This document shows, in pieces, positions 34,417 to 44,645 of a stretch of 64,000 bases of DNA (position 1 is its first letter; every line of letters begins with the position of its first letter). Position numbers and translations under genes: made by a program. The notes under the pieces were generated by a model that had not been told where the DNA came from, searched no databases, and was given only the letters and a program-made list of their open reading frames with translations. The DNA is taken from positions 35,489 through 99,488 of IMG/VR virus record IMGVR_UViG_3300032296_002019; one strand, 5' to 3'. This DNA is from a virus.

Positions 34417-37400
34417 TTATTTTTTATTATATTCTTTTATATCTATTTTATATCCATTGTATAGTTGTATTGGAGTTATTATTCTACCAGTAGTTTCTGA
34501 AACAGACTTAGGGTCTAATATTCTAAATTCAAGAAATTCCTGAGTTGTATTTACTACTGCTCCAGAACCTACTCCTGCTGTAGCCGATTGCTGTACTTGG
34601 GTATTTATTTTTTCAAAATTAGAACTTAGTACTTTATTCAATTCTTGATCAAAAACAGATCTTACTTCTGGTATCATGTAATTGTAATAAGTAAAATTTT
34701 TTATCAAATTGGATAAAACTTCTTTGTTTTTTAAATTTACATATACCTCTTTTTTTATATAAGAAGACTTATCATCACTTTTAGGTAGTTCTCCACTAAT
34801 AATTTTATTTCCTTTACCTACAAAAGATGTTTTAGCTCCTCCTATTGACTTTATAGAAGTTATATACTCATCTCCATAATACATATTATTAACAAGATTT
34901 CTATTCCCTCTTAAACCTTGAAAATCAGATTCTGAGATAGGTCCTTCTTTTGCTGGATACAATCTCAAATAGTTATTTGAAAATTGAACTACCATATCAT
35001 CAGAATTAACTATACCAGGAGTATAAGTTCTTGTAGCAGCTACAATATAGAAATTTATATTTTGTTTTTCTATTTCACCTTCTATATTAATAACTTTAAA
35101 TCCTCCTCTAAGAACGTCTGCAGTAAATGCTGCAAGTATGTTGTAATACCTAATAGAATTTAAACTGTTATATCTATTTTCATCCTTAGCTTCTCTAAGT
35201 TGAGATAATAAAGAATCGGCTGCATCTTTACTTGTAAGCTGTAAATCTTCTTGGTCTAGCAAACACATTTGCGTAGTTAGAGTAGTTAACCAAGAAGTGG
35301 TAGACACTTCATTACTTATTCCTGTTAATATAAATCCTACGGCTTTACTTTCGTAATCTTTAGGCAAGACTTTCTTATCTAAAGTAAATATCTCACCTAT
35401 AGTTAATCCAGATATTCCATCTAAAGTTAAATCTGCAGCTATTGGAACTACTGCTTTATAATCTGTTCCTTTCTCTAGTTCTACTAACAAAGTATTTAAA
35501 TATCCATTCATAGAAGTAACACTAGACATATAGTACTGCTCTTGAATCCTATTTTTCATTATATACTCATTAACAAAATCTATTAAGGATATTATAGCTT
35601 GCAGTTTAGATTTTCTTGCCTCTTGTTGATCAGCAGATTGATCATCACTGTCATTAGTTATATTTCCAAATAGTCTATCTTTTAAACCTTTATTAAGGTA
35701 CGTATATGTAGAAGTTTGTACAGCTGCTATATTCTCTCTATCTTGAGCAGCTATAGCTATCATACTAGCTTGAGACGGAAATATCTTAGATTGAATCTTA
35801 TGACTTCTTACTGTGGTATTATTCCCAGCAATTTTTAGCATAAATTTAGAAGTATAACTGCTATCTTCTGGTAATTCAGTGTAGTGTTTGTCTATTATTA
35901 CTATTTTATTGTCCTTTATAAATTTATCAAAATCATTTAGAGATCCTAAAGAATACGCTATTTTAGATAAAATATCTGATATTAGTTTTCCTACATATAC
36001 ATACCCCGCATTTGATAGCGACTGTTGTTTGTATAAAGAAACTATCTCATGTATGTTTATATATATGTTACCTATAGTTCCAAAATTAGTATTAGGATAC
36101 AAATACTCTTTCATGTTTGGATCCACATTAACAAATCTTCTACCAGAAGGATTTGCTATTTGAGCAGTAGTTTCAGTTTTAAATACTTGCGGCCTAAACC
36201 CTGGGTTCCCTTCCGGGTCTTTGAATAAAGTAGCTTGTCCGTTTCTTATAATAGCTACACCAGGGTCTATTGATATTGAATTATAAGATGCTTGACATAG
36301 ACCATTTGCTATGGAATCTGGGTCTAAGGGACTGGATGGAATCTCTATGTCTACAACTTTTTTATCAGTACCTTTTACGAATAAGTTTTTATACGTATTT
36401 AAAACATGTAAAAAATAAGCAAATTGGATATAGTGGTGTGCTCTTTTATCTACCTGTCCGTTTTTAGACAAAGCTATAGGAGGTTCTGACAACCTTGATA
36501 AATATTCTCTGGCTTTATCTACTCCTAAAGCAACTTGTTGAGTATCAAAAGATAAACCTTCGTAAGAACCTAAAAAACCTTCTTTATATTTGTATATAAA
36601 TGGATCTACGTAATCTACTTTATTTAAAGGTATTTTAGAATCTATTGCTTTTATTATTTTTGAATTACTTCTAGGATAGGAGTCTCCTAATTTGCAATAC
36701 TCGTCCATAAGAAGCTCAAACTGACTTTTAATTTCTTCTTCAGGTTTTACTTCTTCTGTATTAGTATTATCTGATATCTCTGTAGTCTGTTGACTTTCTG
36801 AAAACTTTGACCCTATTGTATCATTCATTCTTATGGTATCTATCACATCTCCCATACTTATAAGAACAGTAGTACATTCAAAAGATCCGTTAGGCATTAA
36901 AGTAAAATCAAAGTTCTTTATAGATCCAAGATTAGCATCATAATTACCACAAAATCTATATCTAAGTTCATCTATTTTTTCATATATAGCATCTTGATCA
37001 AGCCCTGTATCGAAGCAATTAATAGTGTTATATATGCTTGGGATTACTTCGTATTTTTTAGCTGCATCATATCTGTTCTTAGAATCGGTTCTAGATCTAT
37101 AAGAATCATTTACTACATATCTATTAGTTTCTAGATAAGCAGACCATCCCCACTCTACTAGAACTTTGTATCCTGGTCTTAGAAATAATACACTGAGATC
37201 TTCCATTTGTTTCTTATCCCAAGCAATAAACTTAATTGTAGTTTCAGTTAAAGATCCATAAGCACCTAAAGATTTAGTCCTCAGTCCTGTTATACCGGGC
37301 ATCGGTCTTATGCCGTATTGCATATTTCCTAGATCACTTGCGTATGCTCCTCCTCTACCCCCTATTCCTGCTCTAGTGTAATATGCATCTATTATTTCAT

Positions 37401-37647
37401 CAGTATCTGGGTCAGTTATTTTTTTATTGTATAAAGTACCTCCCATCAAGATATATTTCTTGGCAAGATCAGGAGTTTCTTTCCCTTCTTCTCCAGTATC
37501 CACAAAAGATGTCATTCTTATCCAAGGAACTTTACTGGAGACGTAGTAATTAAAATCTACGGGCCTTTTTTCTTCGGCTAGTAAATTCTGCCTTGTATTA
37601 ATCTGGCGTACTACAAAGGGTTTGAAAGTACTTTTAAATATAGACAT
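34417..37647 (-). CDS. baseplate hub-like protein (gp27/VgrG-like)
   Basis: Position after tape measure/LysM-type gene; LRPGYKVLVEWGW, LTLDGISGLTIGEIF, ISNEVSTTSWLTTL. Confidence 0.6.
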   Translation of the reverse strand: MSIFKSTFKPFVVRQINTRQNLLAEEKRPVDFNYYVSSKVPWIRMTSFVDTGEEGKETPDLAKKYILMGGTLYNKKITDPDTDEIIDAYYTRAGIGGRGGAYASDLGNMQYGIRPMPGITGLRTKSLGAYGSLTETTIKFIAWDKKQMEDLSVLFLRPGYKVLVEWGWSAYLETNRYVVNDSYRSRTDSKNRYDAAKKYEVIPSIYNTINCFDTGLDQDAIYEKIDELRYRFCGNYDANLGSIKNFDFTLMPNGSFECTTVLISMGDVIDTIRMNDTIGSKFSESQQTTEISDNTNTEEVKPEEEIKSQFELLMDEYCKLGDSYPRSNSKIIKAIDSKIPLNKVDYVDPFIYKYKEGFLGSYEGLSFDTQQVALGVDKAREYLSRLSEPPIALSKNGQVDKRAHHYIQFAYFLHVLNTYKNLFVKGTDKKVVDIEIPSSPLDPDSIANGLCQASYNSISIDPGVAIIRNGQATLFKDPEGNPGFRPQVFKTETTAQIANPSGRRFVNVDPNMKEYLYPNTNFGTIGNIYINIHEIVSLYKQQSLSNAGYVYVGKLISDILSKIAYSLGSLNDFDKFIKDNKIVIIDKHYTELPEDSSYTSKFMLKIAGNNTTVRSHKIQSKIFPSQASMIAIAAQDRENIAAVQTSTYTYLNKGLKDRLFGNITNDSDDQSADQQEARKSKLQAIISLIDFVNEYIMKNRIQEQYYMSSVTSMNGYLNTLLVELEKGTDYKAVVPIAADLTLDGISGLTIGEIFTLDKKVLPKDYESKAVGFILTGISNEVSTTSWLTTLTTQMCLLDQEDLQLTSKDAADSLLSQLREAKDENRYNSLNSIRYYNILAAFTADVLRGGFKVINIEGEIEKQNINFYIVAATRTYTPGIVNSDDMVVQFSNNYLRLYPAKEGPISESDFQGLRGNRNLVNNMYYGDEYITSIKSIGGAKTSFVGKGNKIISGELPKSDDKSSYIKKEVYVNLKNKEVLSNLIKNFTYYNYMIPEVRSVFDQELNKVLSSNFEKINTQVQQSATAGVGSGAVVNTTQEFLEFRILDPKSVSETTGRIITPIQLYNGYKIDIKEYNKK

Positions 37648-37653
37648 AACTTT

Positions 37654-37956
37654 TTATATTCCGTTTAGTGTGTCATAATCTTGCAATATTCTGTCTAAGC
37701 TGCCAGGAATTCTTAATTGTGTTCCTGGAGGGACAAATATACTATCTCCTGGTAAATTATTCGCTACAATAAGTACCCAATAATAATCTACAGATTTATA
37801 ATAATCATATGAGATAATGTCCAATCTATCTCCATAAGCCGTTTCTATGTATATATCAGAGTCACTAAACAACACTTCCGGGTATTTAACCGATCTTAAA
37901 TACCTTTTTGTGTTTATGCTATCTTTAAGTACTTTTATATCTCTGTATCTGTTCAT
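37654..37956 (-). CDS. LysM/gpX/gp53-like baseplate protein
   Basis: GDRLDIISYDYY..YWVLIVANN..PGTQLRIP. Confidence 0.8.
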   Translation of the reverse strand: MNRYRDIKVLKDSINTKRYLRSVKYPEVLFSDSDIYIETAYGDRLDIISYDYYKSVDYYWVLIVANNLPGDSIFVPPGTQLRIPGSLDRILQDYDTLNGI

Positions 37957-37960
37957 GTTA

Positions 37961-39820
37961 TTACTTATTTACAAAAGCGTCAGGGTCTTGTAAATTATTT
38001 ACCTTCTGCGGCTCTGGTACAGAAACTGTGCCCGCTTTTTTTACTTTAGTAGGATTAGGAGATGTTTCTTTGAGTGTATTACTACTATCTTTTAGCCATT
38101 GTTTTAAAGGTTTATTAGGCTCTCTCAATCCATCTATTCCTATAAATGGAGCCTCAGATGATTTTCTTACTAAGAAGTTGTAGATAGGTATAAATGTCAT
38201 GGTACATTTTATAAGCTGAGGAAGCTCATGCATGTCCACATCTGATCCCTGTTCTAATTCATTTATTGCTATTTCCCAGTTAGAGTCCTCATCTATTATC
38301 ATATCTAGATTAGTTATTATTCCTGGCTGGAATAATATAAAATCTCCTACTGTAAGTTCTGATATATTGCCTCTCATCAAATTATCCTTATAATCTGGGG
38401 CTAATGAAGATATAAGGTAGTTTAGTTTTTGATATAGAGGTTTCATTTCCATCCTAGATGAAGCGGCTATGGTAAATGAAATAGTTATAGTTTCTGTAAC
38501 TCCATCATATGCATAGAAGGATTCCCCTCTTCCTACGTATTTATACGGATCCCACTTAGAAATAACACCTCTTCTTATGTTGTTTATATAAGCTCTGAAA
38601 ATAATATATACCCCAGCGCTATTACCTGCTGGGTCAGGTCTTACATTATTATCTAATACTTTTATTCTAAATTTTATAATGTCTCTTATTGATGTACTAG
38701 GATCATCTGCTACATTTATTTGTTTCCCATTTATGTCCACACCAGTTGCTGTTTTCGAATAAAAAAGACTTATGGCATTTATTCTATCAGCAGTGTCGGC
38801 ATTAGTATTATAATTTGACCTTTCTTCAGGTTTTCTTACCCTGGCTATACCTATTCTTCTTTCCAAATTAAAATACTCATAATTTGTTTCAGGAAGTGTA
38901 TACCCCTTTATATCAGATTTACTATTTAGAGCATTCTTATATTTTCTAAAGTCTTGATTGCTTTTTAACTGATAAGAATTATTTGTATAATCTTTAACAT
39001 CATTTGGACCTATTACTGGTCTATTATAGTTTTCTCCTTCAAATTCTACAGGTCTTGACGGATCTAGTAGTATATCCCTAGATACAGGATTTAAAGTTTC
39101 TAAATTCCATACTGGTATGGAAATAAATCCGCTTTCATCCTGAACTCCATTATAGTTAGTAGTAGATTTTTGTAATAAAGAATATGAACTTCTAGGTATT
39201 GTAGTATTGCCTATTCCATAAAAAGATTTAGGGCCCCCAGCATATCTAAGTATAAAATTCTGCCTTTGTTTAGGATTGCTTAATTTTTGAACTAATATAG
39301 CTAACCTATTTACATTATCCGCATCTCTTTTTAATACAAGTTTTTCATAAGAATTTTGCTCACTAAATGTTGGATATAATCCGTGTTTTACAAAATGCAA
39401 ACCAAATGCATTAACTCCAACTTGAGCTAGAGTATTTATACCTAAAGGATTATAAGTTCTAAGTGGCCCGAATCTTTTACTCTCATCTTCCTTCTCTATA
39501 TCAGGATTCATTCTTTGTAATCCTGCTTGCTTTAGTAGAAATAAAGGACCTTGTATAGTAGTGTATAAAAACTTAGATATTCTTTCTACGTCAGCAGCAG
39601 CTCTTGATACTGTAGTTACAATTCCAAATCTAGTAAGCCCATCATTAAAATTAGAAGGAGACCATCTTTGATCTATAGCTCTTACCACAAATGGTTGATT
39701 GCTAGATCCATTACCAGGCTTATCATTTCCAAACTTTAATTTATTTTGAGTAAAATTACCTACCCCACTATAGTATTTATAGTTTGGAAGATTATTAGCT
39801 AGTTCTTGTAATGATGGCAC
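37961..39820 (-). CDS. tail tube initiator / baseplate protein
   Basis: FRAYI..KWDPYKYVGRGESFYAYDG..ISFTI..LTVGD tube-like fold; follows tape measure. Confidence 0.6.
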   Translation of the reverse strand: MPSLQELANNLPNYKYYSGVGNFTQNKLKFGNDKPGNGSSNQPFVVRAIDQRWSPSNFNDGLTRFGIVTTVSRAAADVERISKFLYTTIQGPLFLLKQAGLQRMNPDIEKEDESKRFGPLRTYNPLGINTLAQVGVNAFGLHFVKHGLYPTFSEQNSYEKLVLKRDADNVNRLAILVQKLSNPKQRQNFILRYAGGPKSFYGIGNTTIPRSSYSLLQKSTTNYNGVQDESGFISIPVWNLETLNPVSRDILLDPSRPVEFEGENYNRPVIGPNDVKDYTNNSYQLKSNQDFRKYKNALNSKSDIKGYTLPETNYEYFNLERRIGIARVRKPEERSNYNTNADTADRINAISLFYSKTATGVDINGKQINVADDPSTSIRDIIKFRIKVLDNNVRPDPAGNSAGVYIIFRAYINNIRRGVISKWDPYKYVGRGESFYAYDGVTETITISFTIAASSRMEMKPLYQKLNYLISSLAPDYKDNLMRGNISELTVGDFILFQPGIITNLDMIIDEDSNWEIAINELEQGSDVDMHELPQLIKCTMTFIPIYNFLVRKSSEAPFIGIDGLREPNKPLKQWLKDSSNTLKETSPNPTKVKKAGTVSVPEPQKVNNLQDPDAFVNK

Positions 39821-39852
39821 TTCTTGTTATTTAAAATAAATATAATTTAGTT

Positions 39853-42117
39853 TTATTCCCTAGACCCCATTCCTAAAGCTGTATTTACTTTAGTTGTATC
39901 AAAGTATATATTTCTGTCTTTTTCTATGGCTGTAGCTAATCTATCTAGTTTTTCTTCTAATTTTTGAGAAGATGCTGCATTATCTGTTGCTCCTGCAGCG
40001 GTTCTTGTTGTAGTTGATACTGCTGGTGCTGGTGGTTGTCCGGAAGGAGTTTCTCCTCCGCCAGATAATGCCATAGCTGTTAAACCTCCTGCTAGCAATC
40101 CTGTTCCTACTATAGCACCAGCGGCCACTAAATTAGATCCTCCAGATGCTATAGTAGCTGCTACAGCAGCAGTAACTAGAGAAGCTGCTATAACTCCAGC
40201 TATTGTTGATATAGCTATCAATGTTACTTTCAACGCAGTTGTATTTTGTAAAAAGGTAGCAATACTTTCTAACATACGTGTAAGTGGGCCTGCTGCTATT
40301 TCAGTAAATACTTGCTTTACTCTTTCCATAGATTCTTCAAATCTAGTTTGCAAGTTTGCTTTAGCTATGTCTTGTAATAAAGCTTTTCCCCCTTCTATTC
40401 TAGCAGCTTCTTCTTGTAACTTAGCTAGACCTGCCAAGTCCCCACTTCTCCTTAGCATTTCATACCTCTCTTCTAATCCCTCTTTATTTTTTTCTCCTAA
40501 TTTATTTAGGACTTCTTGTCTTTTAGCAGAAGTAAGAAGTTCTTCAGAAGATAAATTAATTGAAGCAGCAAGTCTATCTCTCTGAATTACATTCATATTA
40601 GTAAGAGCATTTAGTCCTCCTACCTGGCTCATTAACTCAGCTGCTGCCTCTGCTGATTTGCCATCTAAGGCTAAAGCTCTGGCTTTTTCAAAATTTAACT
40701 GTCTTCCTAATAAAAGTTCAGATTCTAATTCTCCTGATATAGAAGTTTCGAAATCTAACAATCCTTTACTTATCTTTTCAGTTTGTTCTAAAGATAACCC
40801 TAATTTATTAGCTTGAATAACAGCTTGCCTTATTAACTCAGGATTGTTTTTATATGCTACAGATATGCTAGCACTTACTTTAGCTATATCTGATATTATT
40901 TTTTTGTAAGAGAGGGCTATTCCATTTTGTTTATTGGACAGATCTACTTGTCTTCTTGTATCCAATAACATTTTTTCTACGCTTTGTCCACTTAACAGGA
41001 ACATTTCTTGAAGTCCTTTAGATTCCTCACCAGTCAGTCCCATCTGCTTGGTTAAGAATATCTGGCTTTGTACCATCTCATTTGTAACCATTGCATTTGT
41101 TTCAAGGAGATCTTGAATTTCTCCCATAGCAACTGCTTGATTTTTTATAGATAAAAATGATTTATCTAGAGAGGAAACAACATTATTAGCTCCATTAGAA
41201 ACTAATCTAAAAGTATCCATCAACTCGACTGATGCGTCTCTAGATATTCCTAGATTATTTCCTACTTTAGTAAGTAATTTATCAAATTCAAAAGTAGCCT
41301 TTATTATAGACTTAAAAATAGATACAATTGCTAGTAATCCGGCTGCTAATAAAAATAAAGGGCTTTTTACTATGAGCAGTATTTCAGATCCTATGCTTCT
41401 CATACCAGCCCCAAACCCTTCTTTAAAAGAATCAGAAATCTTTTTAAAGTTCATAAATTCTTTTAAGAATGGTATACCAGAAAAAGTCCCAAATATTTTT
41501 GATAGAGCTTGCGCTCTTATTTGTGTTTCTGCTACTTTCTTATTTCCTTCCTCTAATTTTTCATTAACTTGATCTAAAGACAACGCTATTTTTTCTCTCT
41601 GCCTCAATTGTTCTACAAGAAGAACTATTGCTTTCTCTTCTTCCGTAACGCTTTTTCTTTCGGCTTTTACTTTACTTTCCAACCTACTAATTATATTGTC
41701 ATAAACAGCTGATTGTCCTTCTAACATTTTTTGCATTTCGGCTTCTCTAGTAGCCTCATCTGCATACTTAGATTTTAAGTTTTCTGAAAGCTCTGTCTGT
41801 AAAAGTTTTTGTTGTTGTTGATTCTCAAGAACTCTTTTTTGAATTTGTTCATGGTTTATATATTCAGTTCCTAGCTTAGCAGCTAAAGATACTACATCGT
41901 ATATATCATTTTTTACATCTGTACTATATTCATAGATACTTCTTAATCCAGCGGAACTCTTTTTGAACTCTTGAGATAGATCACGTACAGAATCAGTTAT
42001 ACCTAAAACCTGTCCTTTAGCTTTAGCCAATGTCTCAGCTACTAAGTTAGCTGCTTTCTGTAACTCAGTTAAGTTATCTTGAGGATTTGATTGATTATTT
42101 GAGGGCGTTGTAGCCAT
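39853..42117 (-). CDS. tail tape measure protein
   Basis: Long helical Ala/Leu/Gln-rich protein with hydrophobic segments, downstream of tail chaperone. Confidence 0.8.
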   Translation of the reverse strand: MATTPSNNQSNPQDNLTELQKAANLVAETLAKAKGQVLGITDSVRDLSQEFKKSSAGLRSIYEYSTDVKNDIYDVVSLAAKLGTEYINHEQIQKRVLENQQQQKLLQTELSENLKSKYADEATREAEMQKMLEGQSAVYDNIISRLESKVKAERKSVTEEEKAIVLLVEQLRQREKIALSLDQVNEKLEEGNKKVAETQIRAQALSKIFGTFSGIPFLKEFMNFKKISDSFKEGFGAGMRSIGSEILLIVKSPLFLLAAGLLAIVSIFKSIIKATFEFDKLLTKVGNNLGISRDASVELMDTFRLVSNGANNVVSSLDKSFLSIKNQAVAMGEIQDLLETNAMVTNEMVQSQIFLTKQMGLTGEESKGLQEMFLLSGQSVEKMLLDTRRQVDLSNKQNGIALSYKKIISDIAKVSASISVAYKNNPELIRQAVIQANKLGLSLEQTEKISKGLLDFETSISGELESELLLGRQLNFEKARALALDGKSAEAAAELMSQVGGLNALTNMNVIQRDRLAASINLSSEELLTSAKRQEVLNKLGEKNKEGLEERYEMLRRSGDLAGLAKLQEEAARIEGGKALLQDIAKANLQTRFEESMERVKQVFTEIAAGPLTRMLESIATFLQNTTALKVTLIAISTIAGVIAASLVTAAVAATIASGGSNLVAAGAIVGTGLLAGGLTAMALSGGGETPSGQPPAPAVSTTTRTAAGATDNAASSQKLEEKLDRLATAIEKDRNIYFDTTKVNTALGMGSRE

Positions 42118-42148
42118 TCCTTAGCTTTATATATAAATATGAAAGCCG

Positions 42149-42430
42149 CTATTTTTTACTAGCGGCTCTCGGAGATACAAAATCTGGCATTTGTTCTCTT
42201 CTCTTTGTTAAATCTTCCATTGAGAGGCTATTTCCTCTCCTAGATTTCTCCATTTCCTCATTTTGTTTCTTTATTATATCAGATATCTTTTTTATATTAA
42301 CAAATCTATATGCTATAGGCATATTATACGCGGTAGAATATGAAATTCCTCCATTACTATTCATGGAAAGCCAAAGGATTTCATCAAATACTTGGCTTCT
42401 ATACTGAGAGGTCAGGCCAAAAAAAGTCAA
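42149..42430 (-). CDS. tail assembly chaperone extension (gpT-like), probably reached by frameshift
   Basis: Overlaps chaperone end in +1 frame across a T7 run; only a TTG start in the overlap; AYNMPIAYR motif. Confidence 0.65.
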   Translation of the reverse strand: MTFFGLTSQYRSQVFDEILWLSMNSNGGISYSTAYNMPIAYRFVNIKKISDIIKKQNEEMEKSRRGNSLSMEDLTKRREQMPDFVSPRAASKK

Positions 42431-43163
42431 CCGTCATAGGTATGCTAAGGCCCTCCACTACCTCACCATTTTTCCTAGTAAAATCAAATTTCATTACGAT
42501 ATCTGGAGTAGATTCTATAATCTTTCTTCTAAGATCTTGAGAATCCCTCATAGGAATAGTCTTCACAAAATCTCTGACAATCTTCCTATCCCTGTCTCCG
42601 TTAACAGCTACTATGGATTGAGCCAGTCTTATAGTGGTCTCTGCAGACATATTCTTATTTACCTTCTGCAATCCCTTTATTTCGGCTTCTATAGCCATCT
42701 CATCTTTATGAGAAAGGATCTTAAATGTTACAAGTTGCTTTGACAAAGGCAGTTGATACTCAAATTCGTTAGTTCCTTTCTTTATAGAACTCCAATCTAG
42801 TTCTTTTTCTTGTAGTTCTGAAAGGTCTACAGCTACTTCTTCTGCCTCTCTTGTCACAGGATCTGTGTATTTAAAAGCATACTTACTGCCATAAGCTAAG
42901 ATCCTAGCTCCTATCATGATAGCATTCTTATCTCCTACTAAAAGATCATTATAATCGATCTTAGAAGCTATAATAGCTTGTAGGAACTTGTCAAGAACTA
43001 CACCCTGCTGTATGAAGTTTTTATTAGTTAAAATATCTTCATGCATAGCAGTAGGCATGTACAAATCTACTTTTCCTGAACTTAGGGGGTTTCCTTCTGG
43101 ATACATCATCCCTTTAGAAGGAAGATCAAGGGTTTGAGTTGGAACATTCATTAAATCGGACAT
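42399..43163 (-). CDS. tail assembly chaperone / gp26-like baseplate hub assembly protein
   Basis: LPSKG..Y, EDILT, LLVGDKNAI..ARILAYG, LPLSK, C-terminal FFWP. Confidence 0.75.
   Translation of the reverse strand: MSDLMNVPTQTLDLPSKGMMYPEGNPLSSGKVDLYMPTAMHEDILTNKNFIQQGVVLDKFLQAIIASKIDYNDLLVGDKNAIMIGARILAYGSKYAFKYTDPVTREAEEVAVDLSELQEKELDWSSIKKGTNEFEYQLPLSKQLVTFKILSHKDEMAIEAEIKGLQKVNKNMSAETTIRLAQSIVAVNGDRDRKIVRDFVKTIPMRDSQDLRRKIIESTPDIVMKFDFTRKNGEVVEGLSIPMTVDFFWPDLSV
42419..42425 (-). other. candidate programmed-frameshift slippery site (GAC TTT TTT TGG)
   Basis: Seven consecutive T shared by both overlapping ORFs directly upstream of the tape measure gene. Confidence 0.6.
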
Positions 43164-43207
43164 AAACTATATTTTATATATATAAATATACGATTTTTAT
43201 TTTTTAT

Positions 43208-43242
43208 AAAAAAGAAACCCACCTTTTATTGGTGGGCCTTTT
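43208..43242 (-). terminator. intrinsic terminator
   Basis: CCCACC-AATAAAA-GGTGGG then TTTCTTTTTT. Confidence 0.75.
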
Positions 43243-43262
43243 GTATGGGATTTATACAGGGG

Positions 43263-43922
43263 TTACTTAATCCAACCTTCTTTTAACGAATGCTGGAGCA
43301 TTACTTTTGCAAGTTTCTCTTCATCTAATTCACCACTCTTTATTTTCTTTTTAAGTTCTGCCATCTTTTTAGCATCCATTTTTGCAGAGATCTTTTCTAC
43401 AGCAGCGGGTTCTTTAACAAGTTTAGTTAAAGCCTTCTTAAACTTACCTACGTGCTTTTCTGCCTCTTTTTCTTCTTCTGCCTGCTGCTTCTCTTCAAGC
43501 ATCACTTCATGCGCTGCAAGGGTATGTAATGCGGCTTTAGCGGACTCCATTTGTTTCATTGCCTTAACAGCAAGCTTTTGTTTCTTAACGTCGTCTCCGC
43601 CTTCTGACATGGTCTTTAATTTGTCTATCATCTCTGATACCTGACCAGCTAGATCAGATGCTTTTACTTCGTTTTCCATAATTTCTGTATCTGCTATTTT
43701 TTCTTCTTCTGATTCTTTTTCTTTTAGACTTGGTATTTCTTCTGGTTTTACTAATTGTACGGATTTGCCTGTTCTAAGATCAGTTTTTGCCTGTTCTCTA
43801 TCTTTAGTATCTACTATACCTCCTATACTCCCTGTCTTGCTTGGGTATATTGTCTTTCTTTCTTCAAGCTCCTCTTTAATTATTTTCTTAATAAGACTAT
43901 CAAGTTTTTCAGTTTGCTTCAT
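43263..43922 (-). CDS. Lys/Glu-rich helical protein (possible internal head protein)
   Basis: LDSLIKKIIKEE N-terminus; several L/I/M-x-E motifs; TATTTATA upstream at 43942-43949. Confidence 0.55.
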   Translation of the reverse strand: MKQTEKLDSLIKKIIKEELEERKTIYPSKTGSIGGIVDTKDREQAKTDLRTGKSVQLVKPEEIPSLKEKESEEEKIADTEIMENEVKASDLAGQVSEMIDKLKTMSEGGDDVKKQKLAVKAMKQMESAKAALHTLAAHEVMLEEKQQAEEEKEAEKHVGKFKKALTKLVKEPAAVEKISAKMDAKKMAELKKKIKSGELDEEKLAKVMLQHSLKEGWIK

Positions 43923-43974
43923 TTTCAATGCAATTTGTGTATATAAATATCAAATTTAAGACATAAATATCAAA

Positions 43975-44565
43975 CTATATACCCTCCTCAATAAAAATCT
44001 TCTCTATCTTTTTAGAGAGCTTTTTATATCCCATATTAAACTTTGGAGACATTATTTCCATTATCCTTTTATTACTGTAAGGACTGTTCTTAGAGTTTGA
44101 CCACTTTCTAGATATCAATAGGTAGTTATAAAAATGAATATAAGAGTTTGCTTTCTTTATGTAATTTTCTACGTTTATAGGCAGTTCAAATTCTTTTATA
44201 AGCTTAGCAGATCTTTTTTCGTTATCTAGTTCTAGGTCCCTGGCATTTGCTATATGCTTCTCTATATTTCTAATATTCTTACCTCCTAACCATTCATCTA
44301 TAGCAAGATTTGCATCATTTGCTTTTTTCCATAATGGAATATTCTCTCTCCACTGAGTTAGATGACCGTATTCATGTACTAAGATTTCTATAGAATCCTT
44401 ACGATTCATAGAACAAACTAAGATTGGAACTGATTCATCAAAGTATCCTGAGGCTTGTATGGAGTCCGAAACCTTTACATAATATGTATTTCTTAAGTCG
44501 CATTTAACGCCTTCTTTTCGGCATTCTGCCTTCACAAAAGCGATAAAGTACTTAATTTTATTCAT
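43975..44565 (-). CDS. HEXXH zinc metallopeptidase-like protein
   Basis: ILVHEYGHLTQ and downstream LELDNE. Confidence 0.65.
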   Translation of the reverse strand: MNKIKYFIAFVKAECRKEGVKCDLRNTYYVKVSDSIQASGYFDESVPILVCSMNRKDSIEILVHEYGHLTQWRENIPLWKKANDANLAIDEWLGGKNIRNIEKHIANARDLELDNEKRSAKLIKEFELPINVENYIKKANSYIHFYNYLLISRKWSNSKNSPYSNKRIMEIMSPKFNMGYKKLSKKIEKIFIEEGI

Positions 44566-44592
44566 TTTGGAGACTTTGTATGGCAATATAAC

Positions 44593-44623
44593 AAAAAACC
44601 CGCCATAAATAAATATGACGGGT
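44593..44623 (-). terminator. intrinsic terminator after tail tube gene
   Basis: ACCCGTCATA-TTTATT-TATGGCGGGT then T run; TATTTAT embedded at the loop. Confidence 0.8.
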
Positions 44624-44645
44624 CTTTCATTTTTAAGGATTTTTA

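Noticed and set aside
5259-37650. GTT immediately before ATG in several genes (5261, 5677, 8510, 16476, 28994, 31977, 37647)
   Set aside because: Only a minority of starts; plausible SD-independent initiation context but not distinguishable from background without counting
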